DNA of 64,000 nt, from contig NC_091291.1 of NCBI RefSeq assembly GCF_032444005.1, positions 10,540,001 through 10,604,000 on the forward strand. Reading direction: 5' to 3'. Made by a program: the position numbers and the translations under genes. Positions 39,213-50,899 of this stretch are shown one piece after another; position 1 is the first letter of the stretch; each line of letters starts with the position of its first letter. The stretch comes from Ranitomeya imitator. Taxonomy: Eukaryota. Below the pieces are notes generated by a model. The model was not told where the DNA came from. It searched no databases and worked only from the letters and a program-made list of their open reading frames with translations.

Positions 39213-42200
39213 TTAACATGGAGTAATAAATAAAATGATTGCCCTGAATAAAGCAAAACCAGAGGCAAAGCCATAAGCAGTGCAAGAGGCTGTACCAGGA
39301 AAGGCACCAGAGGCTGCATCAGTTGCAACATCAGAGGCAGAAGCAGAAAAAGCACCAGAGGCAGCTCCAAAGGCATAACCAGAGGCAGAACCAGAAAAAG
39401 CATCAGAGGCAGCTCCAAAGGCAGAACCAGAAAAAGCACCAGAGGAAGCTCCAGAGGCAGAACCAGAAAAAGCACCAGAGGAAGCTCCAAAGGCAGAACC
39501 AGAGGCAGAACCAGAAAAAGCACCAGAGGAAGCTCCAAAGGCAGAACCAGAAAAAGCACCAGAGGAAGCTCCAAAGGCAGAACCAGAGGCAGAACCAGAA
39601 AAAGCACCAGAGGAAGCTCCAAAGGCAGAACCAGAGGCAGAACCAGAGAAAGCACCAGAGGCAGCTCCAAAGGCAGAACCAGAAAAAGCACCAGAGGCAG
39701 CTCCAAAGCCAGAACCAGAGGCAGAACCAGAAAAAGCACCAGAGGCAGCTCCAAAGGCAGAACCAGAGGCAGAACCAGAAAAAGCATCAGAGGCAGCTCC
39801 AAAGGCAGAACCAGAAAAAGCACCAGAGGAAGCTCCAAAGGCAGAACCAGAAAAAGCACCAGAGGAAGCTCCAAAGGCAGAACCAGAGGCAGAGCCAGAA
39901 AAAGCACCAGAGGAAGCTTCAAAGGCAGAACCAGAAAAAGCACCAGAGGAAGCTCCAAAGGCAGAACCAGAGGCAGAACCAGAAAAAGCACCAGAGGAAG
40001 CTCCAAAGGCAGAACCAGAGGCAGAACCAGAGAAAGCACCAGAGGCAGCTCCAAAGGCAGAACCAGGAAAAACACCAGAGGCAGCTCCAAAGGCAGAACC
40101 AGAGGCAGAACTAGAAAAAGCACCAGAGGCAGCTCCAAAGGCAGAACCAGGAAAAGCACCAGAGGCAGCTCCAAAGGCAGAACCAGAGGCAGAACCAGAA
40201 AAAGCACCAAAGGCAGCTCCAAAGGCAGAACCAGAGGCAGAACCAGGAAAAGCACCAGAGGCAGCTCCAAAGGCAGAACCAGAGCCAGAACCAGAAAAAG
40301 CACCAGAGGCAGCTCCAAAGGCAGAACCAGAAAAAGCACCAGAGGCAGCTCCAAAGGCAGAACCAGAGGCAGAACCAGAAAAAGCACCAGAGGCAGCTCC
40401 AAAGGCAGAACCAGAGGCAGAACCAGGAAAAGCACCAGAGGCAGCTCCAAAGGCAGAACCAGAGGCAGAACCAGAAAAAGCACCAGAGGCAGCTCCAAAG
40501 GCAGAACCAGGAAAAGCACCAGAGGCAGCTCCAAAGGCAGAACCAGGAAAAGCACCAGAGGCAGCTCCAAAGGCAGAACCAGAGGCAGAACCAGAGGCAG
40601 AACCAGGAACAGCACCAGAGGCAGCTCCAAAGGCAGAACCAGAGGCAGAACCAGGAAAAGCACCAGAGGCAGCTCCAAAGGCAGAACCAGAGGCAGAACC
40701 AGAAAAAGCACCAGAGGCAGCTCCAAAGGCAGAACCAGAGGCAGAACCAGAAAAAGCACCAGAGGCAGCTCCAAAGGCAGAACCAGAGGCAGAACCAGAA
40801 AAAGCATCAGAGGCAACTCCAAAGGCAGAACCAGAGGCAGAACCAGAAAAAGCACCAGAGGCAGCTCCAAAGGCAGAACCAGAGGCAGAACCAGAAAAAG
40901 CACCAGAGGAAGCTCCAAAGGCAGAACCAGGAAAAGCACCAGAGGCAGCTCCAAAGGCAGAACCAGAGGCAGAACCAGAAAAAGCACCAGAGGCAGCTCC
41001 AAAGGCAGAACCAGAGGCAGAACCAGGAAAAGCACCAGAGGCAGCTCCAAAGGCAGAACCAGAGCCAGAACCAGAAAAAGCACCAGAGGCAGCTCCAAAG
41101 GCAGAACCAGAAAAAGCACCAGAGGCAGCTCCAAAGGCAGAATCAGAGGCAGAACCAGAAAAAGCACCAGAGGCAGCTCCAAAGGCAGAACCAGAGGCAG
41201 AACCAGGAAAAGCACCAGAGGCAGCTCCAAAGGCAGAACCAGAGGCAGAACCAGAAAAAGCACCAGAGGCAGCTCCAAAGGCAGAACCAGGAAAAGCACC
41301 AGAGGCAGCTCCAAAGGCAGAACCAGGAAAAGCACCAGAGGCAGCTCCAAAGGCAGAACCAGAGGCAGAACCAGAGGCAGAACCAGGAACAGCACCAGAG
41401 GCAGCTCCAAAGGCAGAACCAGAGGCAGAACCAGGAAAAGCACCAGAGGCAGCTCCAAAGGCAGAACCAGAGGCAGAACCAGAAAAAGCACCAGAGGCAG
41501 CTCCAAAGGCAGAACCAGAGGCAGAACCAGAAAAAGCACCAGAGGCAGCTCCAAAGGCAGAACCAGAGGCAGAACCAGAAAAAGCATCAGAGGCAACTCC
41601 AAAGGCAGAACCAGAGGCAGAACCAGAAAAAGCACCAGAGGCAGCTCCAAAGGCAGAACCAGAGGCAGAACCAGAAAAAGCACCAGATTCAGCTCCAAAG
41701 GCAGAACCAGAAAAAGCACCAGAGGAAGCTCCAAAGGCAGAACCAGAGGCAGAACCAGAAAAAGCACCAGAGGAAGCTCCAAAGGCAGAACCAGAGGCAG
41801 AACCAGAGAAAGCACCAGAGGCAGCTCCAAAGGCAGAACCAGAAAAAGCACCAGAGGAAGCTCCAAAGCCAGAACCAGAGGCAGAACCAGAAAAAGCACC
41901 AGAGGCAGCCCCAAAGGCAGAACCAGGAAAAGCACCAAAAGGCAGCTCCAAAGGCAGAACCAGAGGCAGAACCAGAAAAAGCACCAGAGGCAGCTCCAAA
42001 GGCAGAACCAGAGGTAGAACCAGGAAAAGCACCAGAGGCAGCTCCAAAGGCAGAACCAGAGGCAGAACCAGGAAAAGCACCAGAGGCAGCTCCAAAGGCA
42101 GAACCAGAGGCAGAACCAGAAAAAGCACCAGAGGCAGCTCCAAAGGCAGAACCAGAGGTAGAACCAGGAAAAGCAGCAGAGGCAGCTCCAAAGGCAGAAC

Positions 42201-42748
42201 CAGAGGCAGAACCAGGAAAAGCACCAGAGGCAGCTCCAAAGGCAGAACCAGAGGCAGAACCAGAAAAAGCGTCAGAGGCAACTCCAAAGGCAGAACCAGA
42301 GGCAGAACCAGAAAAAGCACCAGAGACAGCTCCAAAGGCAGAACCAGGAAAAGCATCAGAGGAAGCTCCAAAGGCAGAACCAGGGGCAACATCAGAGTTA
42401 GGACCCGTGTAAGTACCAGAAACAACACCAGTTGCAGCTTCAGAGGCAGAACCAAAAACAGCATCAGAGGCAGTACCAGAAGAGCAACAAACAAGGCCCC
42501 AGAGGCAGAAACAGAGGCTCCATCAGAGGCAGCACCAGAAACCACATCATCTGCAGCTCTAAAAGCAGTACCAGCACCAGCACCATAGGCAGTTCCAGAG
42601 ACAGAAGCATCGCCATAGGCAGCACTAGAGGCATCATCAAAAAAAGCACCTGGAAAGCCCCTAATAGCCGCTCCAGAAACAGCAGAGAAAGTACCAGAGG
42701 AAGCATTTGGCAGAATGAGTGATAAAGTGTAAGTATAGCAGTTCCATG
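39213..42748 (-). CDS. Candidate Gly/Ala/Ser/Phe-rich silk-like repeat exon, about 1178 open codons (SGSAFGAASGAF repeats), with two compensating indels; coding status unproven
   Basis: Phase-1 acceptor CATCTTCCCAG|CA at 42748 is in frame with the ORF and there is no stop to 39213. Non-repetitive ends stay G/A/S/Y-rich (SSAAYGDASVSGTAYGAGAGTAF). A 1-nt loss near 42483 and a 1-nt gain near 41939 cancel. No signal exon was found. Confidence 0.4.
39290..42700. repeat. Modular 12-nt repeat array (36/48-nt units) with a 780-bp internal tandem duplication
   Basis: Modules GCAGAACCAGAG, GCAGAACCAGAA, AAAGCACCAGAG and GCAGCTCCAAAG. Diagnostic variants recur 780 nt apart (40141/40921, 40261/41041, 40801/41581). 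Confidence 0.95.
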
Positions 42749-42984
42749 CTGGGAAGATGCCAGATTCTGGCTTTGATCTCTCTACCTTCCTGATCGTATT
42801 TATGAGTAAACAATTAATAAATATTATACAGGATTATCCTATTCCTGACTGCTAAACCCGAATATTGAGGAATGTAAATCTAATATCGGCATCTTCTGTT
42901 TTACAGGTCACTTTCCTTTAAAGGAGAATGAAGTTTTCTCATTTCACTATTCTTTTCCTACTTCAGAAACTTAGTAAGTGCCAA

Positions 42985-43280
42985 TCATGAATTATCTATT
43001 ATCTATCGATCATCTNNNNNNNNNNNNNNNNNNNNNNNNNNNNNNNNNNNNNNNNNNNNNNNNNNNNNNNNNNNNNNNNNNNNNNNNNNNNNNNNNNNNN
43101 NNNNNNNNNNNNNNNNNNNNNNNNNNNNNNNNNNNNNNNNNNNNNNNNNTATTATTTATATATCTATCATATATTTATTATCTATTTATCTATTATCTAT
43201 CTAGTATCTATTATCTATTATCTATCTATTATCTATTAATTTATCTAAAATATTTTTTCTGATTATCTATTTATCTACCC
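42985..43280. repeat. (TATC)n tract with assembly gap 43016-43149
   Basis: ATCT runs flank an N run. Confidence 0.85.
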
Positions 43281-43559
43281 ATTGCACAATACTGAGCTTT
43301 CTTGAAGCTTTGAGCGATTGATGAAGACTCAGTATTATTACAAGTTACATAAACACTGTACACTATGGGTGAATAAAGGAAGGTTTGTATGTACAGAGTA
43401 ACCTTTGTTTTATTTATCTGTATCAATAAATCAGTAGAACGTGCAACAATAAGAAAAAGTGTAGAATATTTTATCAGAGAAATTCACATTTAGTTCCAGA
43501 TGTAAATTCTGCCCCATCGCTATATACTGACTCTACCCCATATTGTGTTCCTTCTTCAG

Positions 43560-43925
43560 GTGTCGTTCAGTCCAACGTCTTATTGTTACAACCTCCGGCC
43601 GTAGCCGCCATGCTCGGTTCCTCTGTTAATTTGAGTTGCCACATGCAGGTAAATGGCGTGAAACTGGTCCGGGTGAATTTATACTGGTTAATTCCATTAC
43701 CCAACAACAACAAATTCAAAGAACGGCTGCATCCGAAAACCAAAAACGAAAGTGACCGGAGCAGAAAATCTCGTCTGATCTATCCGAACTTTACAGAAGA
43801 CCTATCTCTGACCATCGAGGATGTCCAACTGTCCTACACCGACACCTACATATGTGAAACGTCCCTGGTGATAGGAGAGAAGAATAAGCTTGTTACTGGG
43901 AATGGAACATATCTACTGGTTTATG
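43560..43925 (+). CDS. Ig V-set domain exon with germline-joined J-like G strand
   Basis: Acceptor CCTTCTTCAG|, donor G|GTGAGC, 366 nt, phase 1-1. Shows QPP, GSSVNLSC, LYW, LSLTIEDVQLSYTDTYIC and TGNGTYLLV. Confidence 0.92.
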
Positions 43926-44384
43926 GTGAGCAAAATAGCTACTATCTATCTAGAAAAACAAGCAGCACTCCTAGTAATGTGAAAAAGTAAGGGACTTATA
44001 TTAACCCATGCGGAAACATTTCGGTTCGATAATAGAGCTTTTCTCCAGAGAACCGAAACTTTGCCACATGTGCTAATAAACAGCCCTTAACTTTTTAATG
44101 TTTCGGCTCTCCCAGCTGTCAAACTGCGAGTCTTTCCCAAACCATGAACATTCACAGTATATATAGATCAGATGATCACACCTTTAAGTCCCCTGAGGGG
44201 ACTATTAAATCCAGTAAAAAAAAAAGTTTTTAAAAATATGAAAAAATAAAATATAAAAGTTCAAATCATCCCCCCTTGTGTCCCGTTAAAAATAAGGCAA
44301 TTTTAGAAAATTAAAATACACATTTTTGGCATCACTAAAACATAAAAGTCCAATATATCAAAATATGAAGAAAATGAAAACTGT

Positions 44385-45710
44385 ACTAATGTCTGGTGGA
44401 AAAACTAAAACTTCACATCACCCTGAAAACACCATCCCCACCATCAAACATGCTGGGAGCAGCTTCATGCTGTGGGGAGGCTTTTCTTCAGCAGGGGCAG
44501 GGAAGCTGGTCAGAGTTGATGGGAAGAAAGATGGAGCTAAGTACAGGGCAATCCTGGAGGAAACTGTCATGATCCAGGCCAGGTTTTGTTTAGTCTTTTC
44601 CGGTCTAGTCATGTCAGGAGTTATCTTTCACAGCCTCGTTCCTGTGTCCGGTCTGCTATATGTCTGTGCTGCTACCTGTGTTCAGTGCCACCTATATTGT
44701 TTGCCTTCAGCGTGCTAGCTGGCTCTGGTGAGTTCCTGATCTGTCCTGCTGCATTCAGTTAATCTGACCCGTGTTTCTTTATCTATCTACTTGTCTCTGC
44801 TCCTCCTGACTTCCCTGATTGTTTGGATTTCCCAGTACCTAACTTTGGCTTGACTCAGACCTGATTTTGTCTCTCTCTCCTCTGATATTCCTGCTACTGA
44901 CCGGTACTGACCCTTGATCTCCTCTGACTCTGTGCCTCAGTTTTTCCATTTTGCACTGCGTTTTCCTCTGGTATTGACTCGGCTCTCTGACTATTCTGCT
45001 GCCACCTAGTGGTGGCTTCGCTGTACTGCTGTGGGTCTGCTTCTCTGCGGGATATTCAGCTCACTCTCCACTCTGTAGCTATCTAGTGGAGCTTGCGTTA
45101 CTCTGCATTAACCCTCAGTAGTACAGTGTGAAAGAAACATTATAGAGGCTACAAAATACTTGAGAATGGGGCATAAGTTCACCTTCCAGCAGGACAAGGA
45201 CACCAAACATCCTGCCAGAGCTACAATGGAGGGTTTAGATCAGAGCATATTCCAGTGTGTGAACGGCCCAGTCACCGTCCAGACCCAAATCCCAGAGAAT
45301 CTACGACAAGACGCGAAAATGACTGATCACCAACATCTCAATACAATCTCTCTGAGCGAGAGTGAGGGGGCAAAGAAGAAGGGGCAAAATGTCACCTTTA
45401 GGTGTGCAAAGCTGGAGAGACAGATCCCAGAAGACTGCAGAGAAAGCTGGAAGACAGACTCTAAAAGACTGCAGAGAAAGGTGGGAGAGACACACCCCAA
45501 AAGACTGAAGCAGTAATTACAGTGAAAGGTGGTCCTACAAAGTATTGACTCGGGGGGCTGAACACAAATGCTCCTCACAATTTTCAGATTTACAACTTTC
45601 AAATATTTAGAAAACCTTGTACCATTTCCTTTTACGCCTCACATTTAAGTTTTGGGGGTAAAGTGGAAAAAATGTGTAAAAGTTCTCAGAATATGAATAC
45701 TTTTTCAAGT
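44385..45710 (+). mobile_element. Tc1 transposon remnant (catalytic half) interrupted by a solo LTR
   Basis: PTIKHAGSSFMLWGGFSSAGAGKLVRVDGKKDGAKYRAILEE, resuming after the insertion with FTFQQDKDTKH and ending KGGPTKY*. Confidence 0.88.
44565..45133 (+). mobile_element. Solo LTR (569 bp) nested in the Tc1 transposase
   Basis: Starts TGTCATGATCCAG and ends GTGTGAAA (TGACA with one change). 5-bp target-site duplication GAAAC at 44560-44564 and 45134-45138. Confidence 0.8.
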
Positions 45711-45919
45711 ATTTTTTATACCTTGTTTATGCCCTGTGAATGTTCACGGCTTGAAAAAGGTTCACACGGTTTGAAGAACCAAAACATCGCCCACACAGGG
45801 GTGAATGAAGACCACAGGTTTTTTTTCTTACTATGTCATATATGAACTGCAGTCATTTTTTCCATCTATCTATCTCTTATTCTGGCAATTTACTTCTTCC
45901 TACATTTAATAATTTACAG

Positions 45920-46186
45920 ATGACTTGATGACATTTATGAACCAGAGTGACATCGTCTGTAAAGTTGAGGTACAAGCACCGCAGGACGTGGATCTAGTTT
46001 GGGATCTTCAGGGTCAGGAGGACAACGTTTGGTCCAGTGTGATCCCGGCTTCACACAATTCATACTGGATCGTAAGTGTGATGATGAACTGGACTCAACG
46101 GTGCCAAGAGAACAGGACCTTCACCTGTAAGCTCAGGTACAAGGGGCAGAGTCTGGTGGAACACAGTATGGAGGCCCCCTGTGCAG
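45920..46186 (+). CDS. Ig constant-type (C1-like) domain exon
   Basis: Acceptor AATTTACAG|, donor G|GTAAAG, 267 nt, phase 1-1. DIVCKVEV..DLVW..SYWIVSVMMNWTQRCQENRTFTCKLRY. Confidence 0.88.
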
Positions 46187-46931
46187 GTAAAGTATGCCGA
46201 GACAGGAGTTATATTACATTATTCTGTATGCTAGTATATACTGTATATTGTATATACCGTAAGGGATCGTATCTCTGGTGCTTACACAAGGATCCAGTTC
46301 ATAGGTTCAAAACAAGCGTGCCGTTTACTAAATGTCCATAAACCATCCAGCTTACTTCTGGGTACAACAGGCATAACAGAACCAAAGTGGAAAATAAACA
46401 GTCCATGTACAACACGGGTCACCTGGTTGAATGTCTGACCTACACACAGCAGAAACTGAGCCATAGAAGCAAGGTCTTTGCACCTTGCACAAACCACACT
46501 AATGATACAGCCGAATTCCTATATAACTGCCGTACCACAACACCCCTGGGTCAGGATAAGTGAGCAGCCAGTCCCACCCATCTCTTTGACTGCTCGGAAA
46601 CCCATCCCTGGACACATCCTATTAGCGCTCGCAGCCATATAAGGGCTGGAGCCTGCTTTCCGGGCTTATATCACCGAGGCTACCAACCTCGATGATACGT
46701 ATCTCCCCTCGAGAATCTGTCTGGCAGCCACAGAGGAGATATAGGACTGAAAATATTCTTAATCCGCTCATACAATGTGAATAACTGTCCTGATGATATA
46801 TGGTAGCGTAAGGGAAAATATTAAAAAGATGCATGCATGGGTCTTCTTGTGATAGTGTGTCTGCAAAGAGCGGTGTGTCTGGTAATAATACTCAGTTTTG
46901 ATAAGAAGCATCTGGTGTTAAAAGTTGACTG

Positions 46932-47106
46932 ATCATAGAATCAAAGATTGTCAGAGATGGAAAGGACCTCCAGGGTCCTCTTGTCCAACCCCCTGCTTAA
47001 TGCAGGAGTCATTAAACCATCTCAGACAGATGTCTGTCCAGCCTCTGAAGACTTCCATTGAATGAGAACTCACCACCTCTCATGGCCGCCTGTTTCACTC
47101 ATTGAT
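46932..47106 (-). mobile_element. CR1 LINE 3'-end fragment
   Basis: TCATAGAATCA..AGAGATGGAAAGGACCTCCAGGGTC..GTCCAACCCCCTGC matches the reverse complement of the CR1 3' terminus. Confidence 0.7.
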
Positions 47107-47587
47107 CAGGTGACGATTAGAAATGTTTCGGAGAAATAAACGAATATATTCAAATTGATTCATCATCCATTAGGAGTGGGATTGCAAGTCAGCAGATATT
47201 TTGCTGGATTCTTTTGAGGACTGGGAAAGGCTAAAATAGATAAGTGTTAAAACTCATCTATTCACATCATCTCTGATCTCTTCACCGTCACCGCAGATCC
47301 CCGTTCCCCTGCGCTGATGTTCTTTTCTACTATCGCTCCATGCCGATGATGATGTGTGATTGTCCTCATGCAGTCATATGTGGGGGGCAGTTCACATAAT
47401 GACATACATTGCCCCCCCACCTGGCTTGTCCGCACAAAGCTGATCACCACCTCGGATTTTCTTGAACACCAGGATGGAGTAATGGATGAAAAGAAGATGT
47501 CAATGTGTAAAACTCCTCCTGACTGTTACATGATGTCTGGGACGTTCTGGCTGGACCTCTTATAACTGACTGTTTGCATTATTTTAG

Positions 47588-47775
47588 GTGACCTACATTT
47601 CCCTCCACAGCCCACCATGCTCTACATCCTGATTCTGGGAAACTCTTTCCTAATCCTGATCATTATAATTGTTCTTTTATTTTTCTTGGTGAAGAGGAAG
47701 AAGAATAGAAAAGTCCAAGTTGTTGTACCATATGCCAATTTTTCCAATACCTCAAGGAAATATTATAATCATTGA
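47588..47775 (+). CDS. Transmembrane and cytoplasmic terminal exon of the Ig receptor
   Basis: Acceptor ATTATTTTAG|, phase 1. DLHFPPQPTMLYILILGNSFLILIIIVLLFFLVKRKKNRKVQVVVPYANFSNTSRKYYNH*, a hydrophobic helix followed by a basic stop-transfer segment. Confidence 0.88.
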
Positions 47776-48019
47776 ATATAAGGGTCTGTTTCGGGGGTAC
47801 AACCTGAAGCCCCCAACCTGCTGGACAGAAACTCAGCTGATCTACTCTGTGATAATTTACGTCTGTATGAAGATCACTGGATATATCCTCAGCTATAGAT
47901 GGACTCCTCTGCTAACTTAGCAACACAACCGCAGGAGCAGTAGGACGGTCCGACCAACTCTGTCTGTATGTGTCTGCATCTCATGTGTTTGGGGCCCATA
48001 CACATGAGATAGCTGTCAG

Positions 48020-49950
48020 ACGAACTCTAGACCCCTCTGTCCCCTCCGAAGTCTTCCGCTCTCTGAAAACACCTCTGTCTTCTACAGGCTCCTCTGTCTT
48101 CTCCAGGCTCCTCTGACACCTTTGTCCCTTCCAGGTGCCTCCATCCTCCCCAACTCCTACAGACACCTTTATCCTCCCCTCCTACAGATACCTCTATCCT
48201 CCCCAACTTCTACAGACACCTCTGTCCTCCCCAACTCCTACAGACACCTTCATCCTCCCAACTCCTACAGACACCTCTGTCCTCCCCAACTCCTACAGAC
48301 ACGTCTATCCTCCCCAACTTCTACAGACACCTCTATCCTCTCCAACTCCTATAGACAGCTCTATCCTCCCCAACTTCTACACACGCTTCTGTCCTCCCTA
48401 ACTCCTACAGACACCTCTATCCTCCCCAACTCCTACAGACAACTCTATCCTCCCCAACTCCTACAGACACCTCTATCCTCCCCAACTCCTACAGACACCT
48501 CTGTCCTCTCCAACTCCTACAGATACCTCTATACTCCCCAACTCCTACAGACACCTCTATCCTCCTCAACTTCTACAGACACCTCTATCCTCCCCAACTC
48601 CTACAGACACCTATATCCTCCCCAACTCCTACAGACACCTCTATCCTCCCCAACTCCTACAGACACCTCTTTCCATCTCAACTCCTACAGACACCTCTAT
48701 CCTTTCCAACTCCTACAGACACCTCTATCCTCCCCAACTTTGACAGACCCCTCAATCCTCCCCAACTCCTACAGACACCTATATCCTCTCCAACTCCTAC
48801 AGATACCTCTATCCTCTCCAACTCCTACAGATACCTCTATGCTCCCAAACTTCTACAGACACCTCTATCCTCCCCAACTCCCACAGACACCTATCCTCCC
48901 CAACTTTGACAGACCACTATATCCTCCCCAACTCCTACAGACACCTCTATCCTCCCCAACTCCTACAGACACCTCTGTCCTCTCCAACTCATACAGACAC
49001 CTCTGTCTTCTCCAACTCCTACAGATACCTCTATACTTCCCAACTCCTACAGACGCCTCTATCCTCCTCAACTTCTACAGACACCTCTATCCTCCCCAAC
49101 TTCTACAGACACCTCTGTCCTCCCCAACTCCTACAGACACCTTCATCCTCCCAACTCCTACAGACACCTCTGTCCTCCCCAACTCCTACAGACACGTCTA
49201 TCCACGCCAACTTCTACAGACACCTCTATCCTTTCCAACTCCTATAGACACCTCTATCCTCCCCAACTCCTACAGACACCTCTTTCCTCCCCAACTCCTA
49301 CAGACATCTCTATCCTCTCCAACTCCTACAGACATCTCTATCCTTTCCAACTCCTACAGACACCTTTATCCTCCCCTCCTACAGACACCTCTATCCTCCA
49401 CAACTTCTACAGACACCTCTGTCCTCCCCAACTCCTACAGACACCTTCATCCTCCCAATTCCTACAGACACCTCTGTCCTCTCCAACTCCTACAGACACG
49501 TCTATCCACCCCAACTTCTATCCACCTCTATCCTCTCCAACTCCTACAGACACCTCCGTCCTCCCCAACTTCTACAGACACCTCTATCCTGCCCAACTTC
49601 TACAGACACCTCTATCGTCCCCAACTCCTACAGATACTTCTATCCTCCCCAACTTCTACAGACACCTCTGTCCTCCCCAACTCCTACAGACACTTCTATC
49701 CTCCCCAACTCCTACAGACACCTCTATCCTCCCCAACTCCTACAGACACTTCTATCCTCCCCAACTCATAGACACCTATATCCTTCTCAACTTCTACAGA
49801 CACCTCTCTCCTCCGCAACTCCTACAGACACCTCTATCCTCCCCAACTTCTACAGACACCTCTGTCCTCCCCAACTCCTACAGACATCTCTATCCTCCCC
49901 AACTCATAGACACCTTTATCCTCCCCAACTTCTACATTCACCTCTATCCT
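48020..49950. repeat. 28-bp minisatellite, C-rich on the + strand
   Basis: Unit CCTCCCCAACTCCTACAGACACCTCTAT. Confidence 0.93.
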
Positions 49951-50899
49951 CCCCATCCACTATGATGTAATATCTGGACACTGTGATTTTGACGCTACAT
50001 AAATATCAAGTGTCAAAACTGCACCAATTCCTGATCATTGGCACGTATACTAAGAGGTATAAGGAGGAGGCAAAATCCTAATGTTCCAGTGATTGCTACA
50101 ATGCATCAGTCTGAATTACAGACTGTTCAGCTAAAAAAGTATTGACTAGAATTTATTCAATTGTATCGCTTCTTAGCTGAGAAAGTTGTATCATCAGCCT
50201 GCTATATTCCAATATAACCTAGAATTGTTTTCATTCATCTGTAGCAAACTGAGAACTTGTGAAAGATGGAGAATTGAAACATAAAATATATTGAAAAGTC
50301 TGTATAATGCTGTGTGCGCAGTACTATGATAATAAAAATGCCTGTTGAGAACTTTTTCGTATGTGTCATGTTTGCGGTCTCAGTTCCGGGGGTTTGAAGT
50401 CTATTCTGCTAATGCTGCATAGGTGTTAATAAATGGTAAAAACAGGATGTAAATACAAATTTATATGCGTGATAGTATTACCTGTGGTCTTATTTTCACA
50501 GAAGAAACATTAGATTCACGTTATCTAGGTCAGATTTCTTTCCAGTTCATAAGAAATTAAAAATAAATATATTTTTAAATATTCAATATTATAATAGATT
50601 TTAACTAAGACGTTACATATATTTGGTAAACGCTCCATAAACATAACTGGATACTATATATCAAATATGTAAGACCACAGAAAACTGATATTATTAAAAA
50701 GGTGGAAGTGTTAAGAAACCGCAGCAACTCAGGTATGAAGTGGAGAGGAGACCCCATAACATTACAGAGCGGGGGGCCAAGTGCTGAGGAGCAGAGGGCA
50801 GAAAAGTCACAACCGCTCTGCTGACCCCATAACTCCATAATAAATAAAGTGCTAGTGCAGTAGAACACCAGTAGATGTCACCATAAATCCGTGGGAAGG

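Noticed and set aside
39101-41938. 945-aa LVLPLELP ORF and the 263-aa Q/K/R plus-strand ORF
   Set aside because: They are shifted readings of the same 12-nt modules and give implausible compositions.
48122-49771. 549-aa P/T/S-rich mucin-like ORF
   Set aside because: The 28-bp unit cycles through frames, the G-poor strand lacks stops, and it lies after the receptor stop codon.
50496-50528. Short plus-strand exon-like segment EETLDSRYL
   Set aside because: It lies after the receptor stop codon amid repeat remnants, has a weak donor and no gene context.
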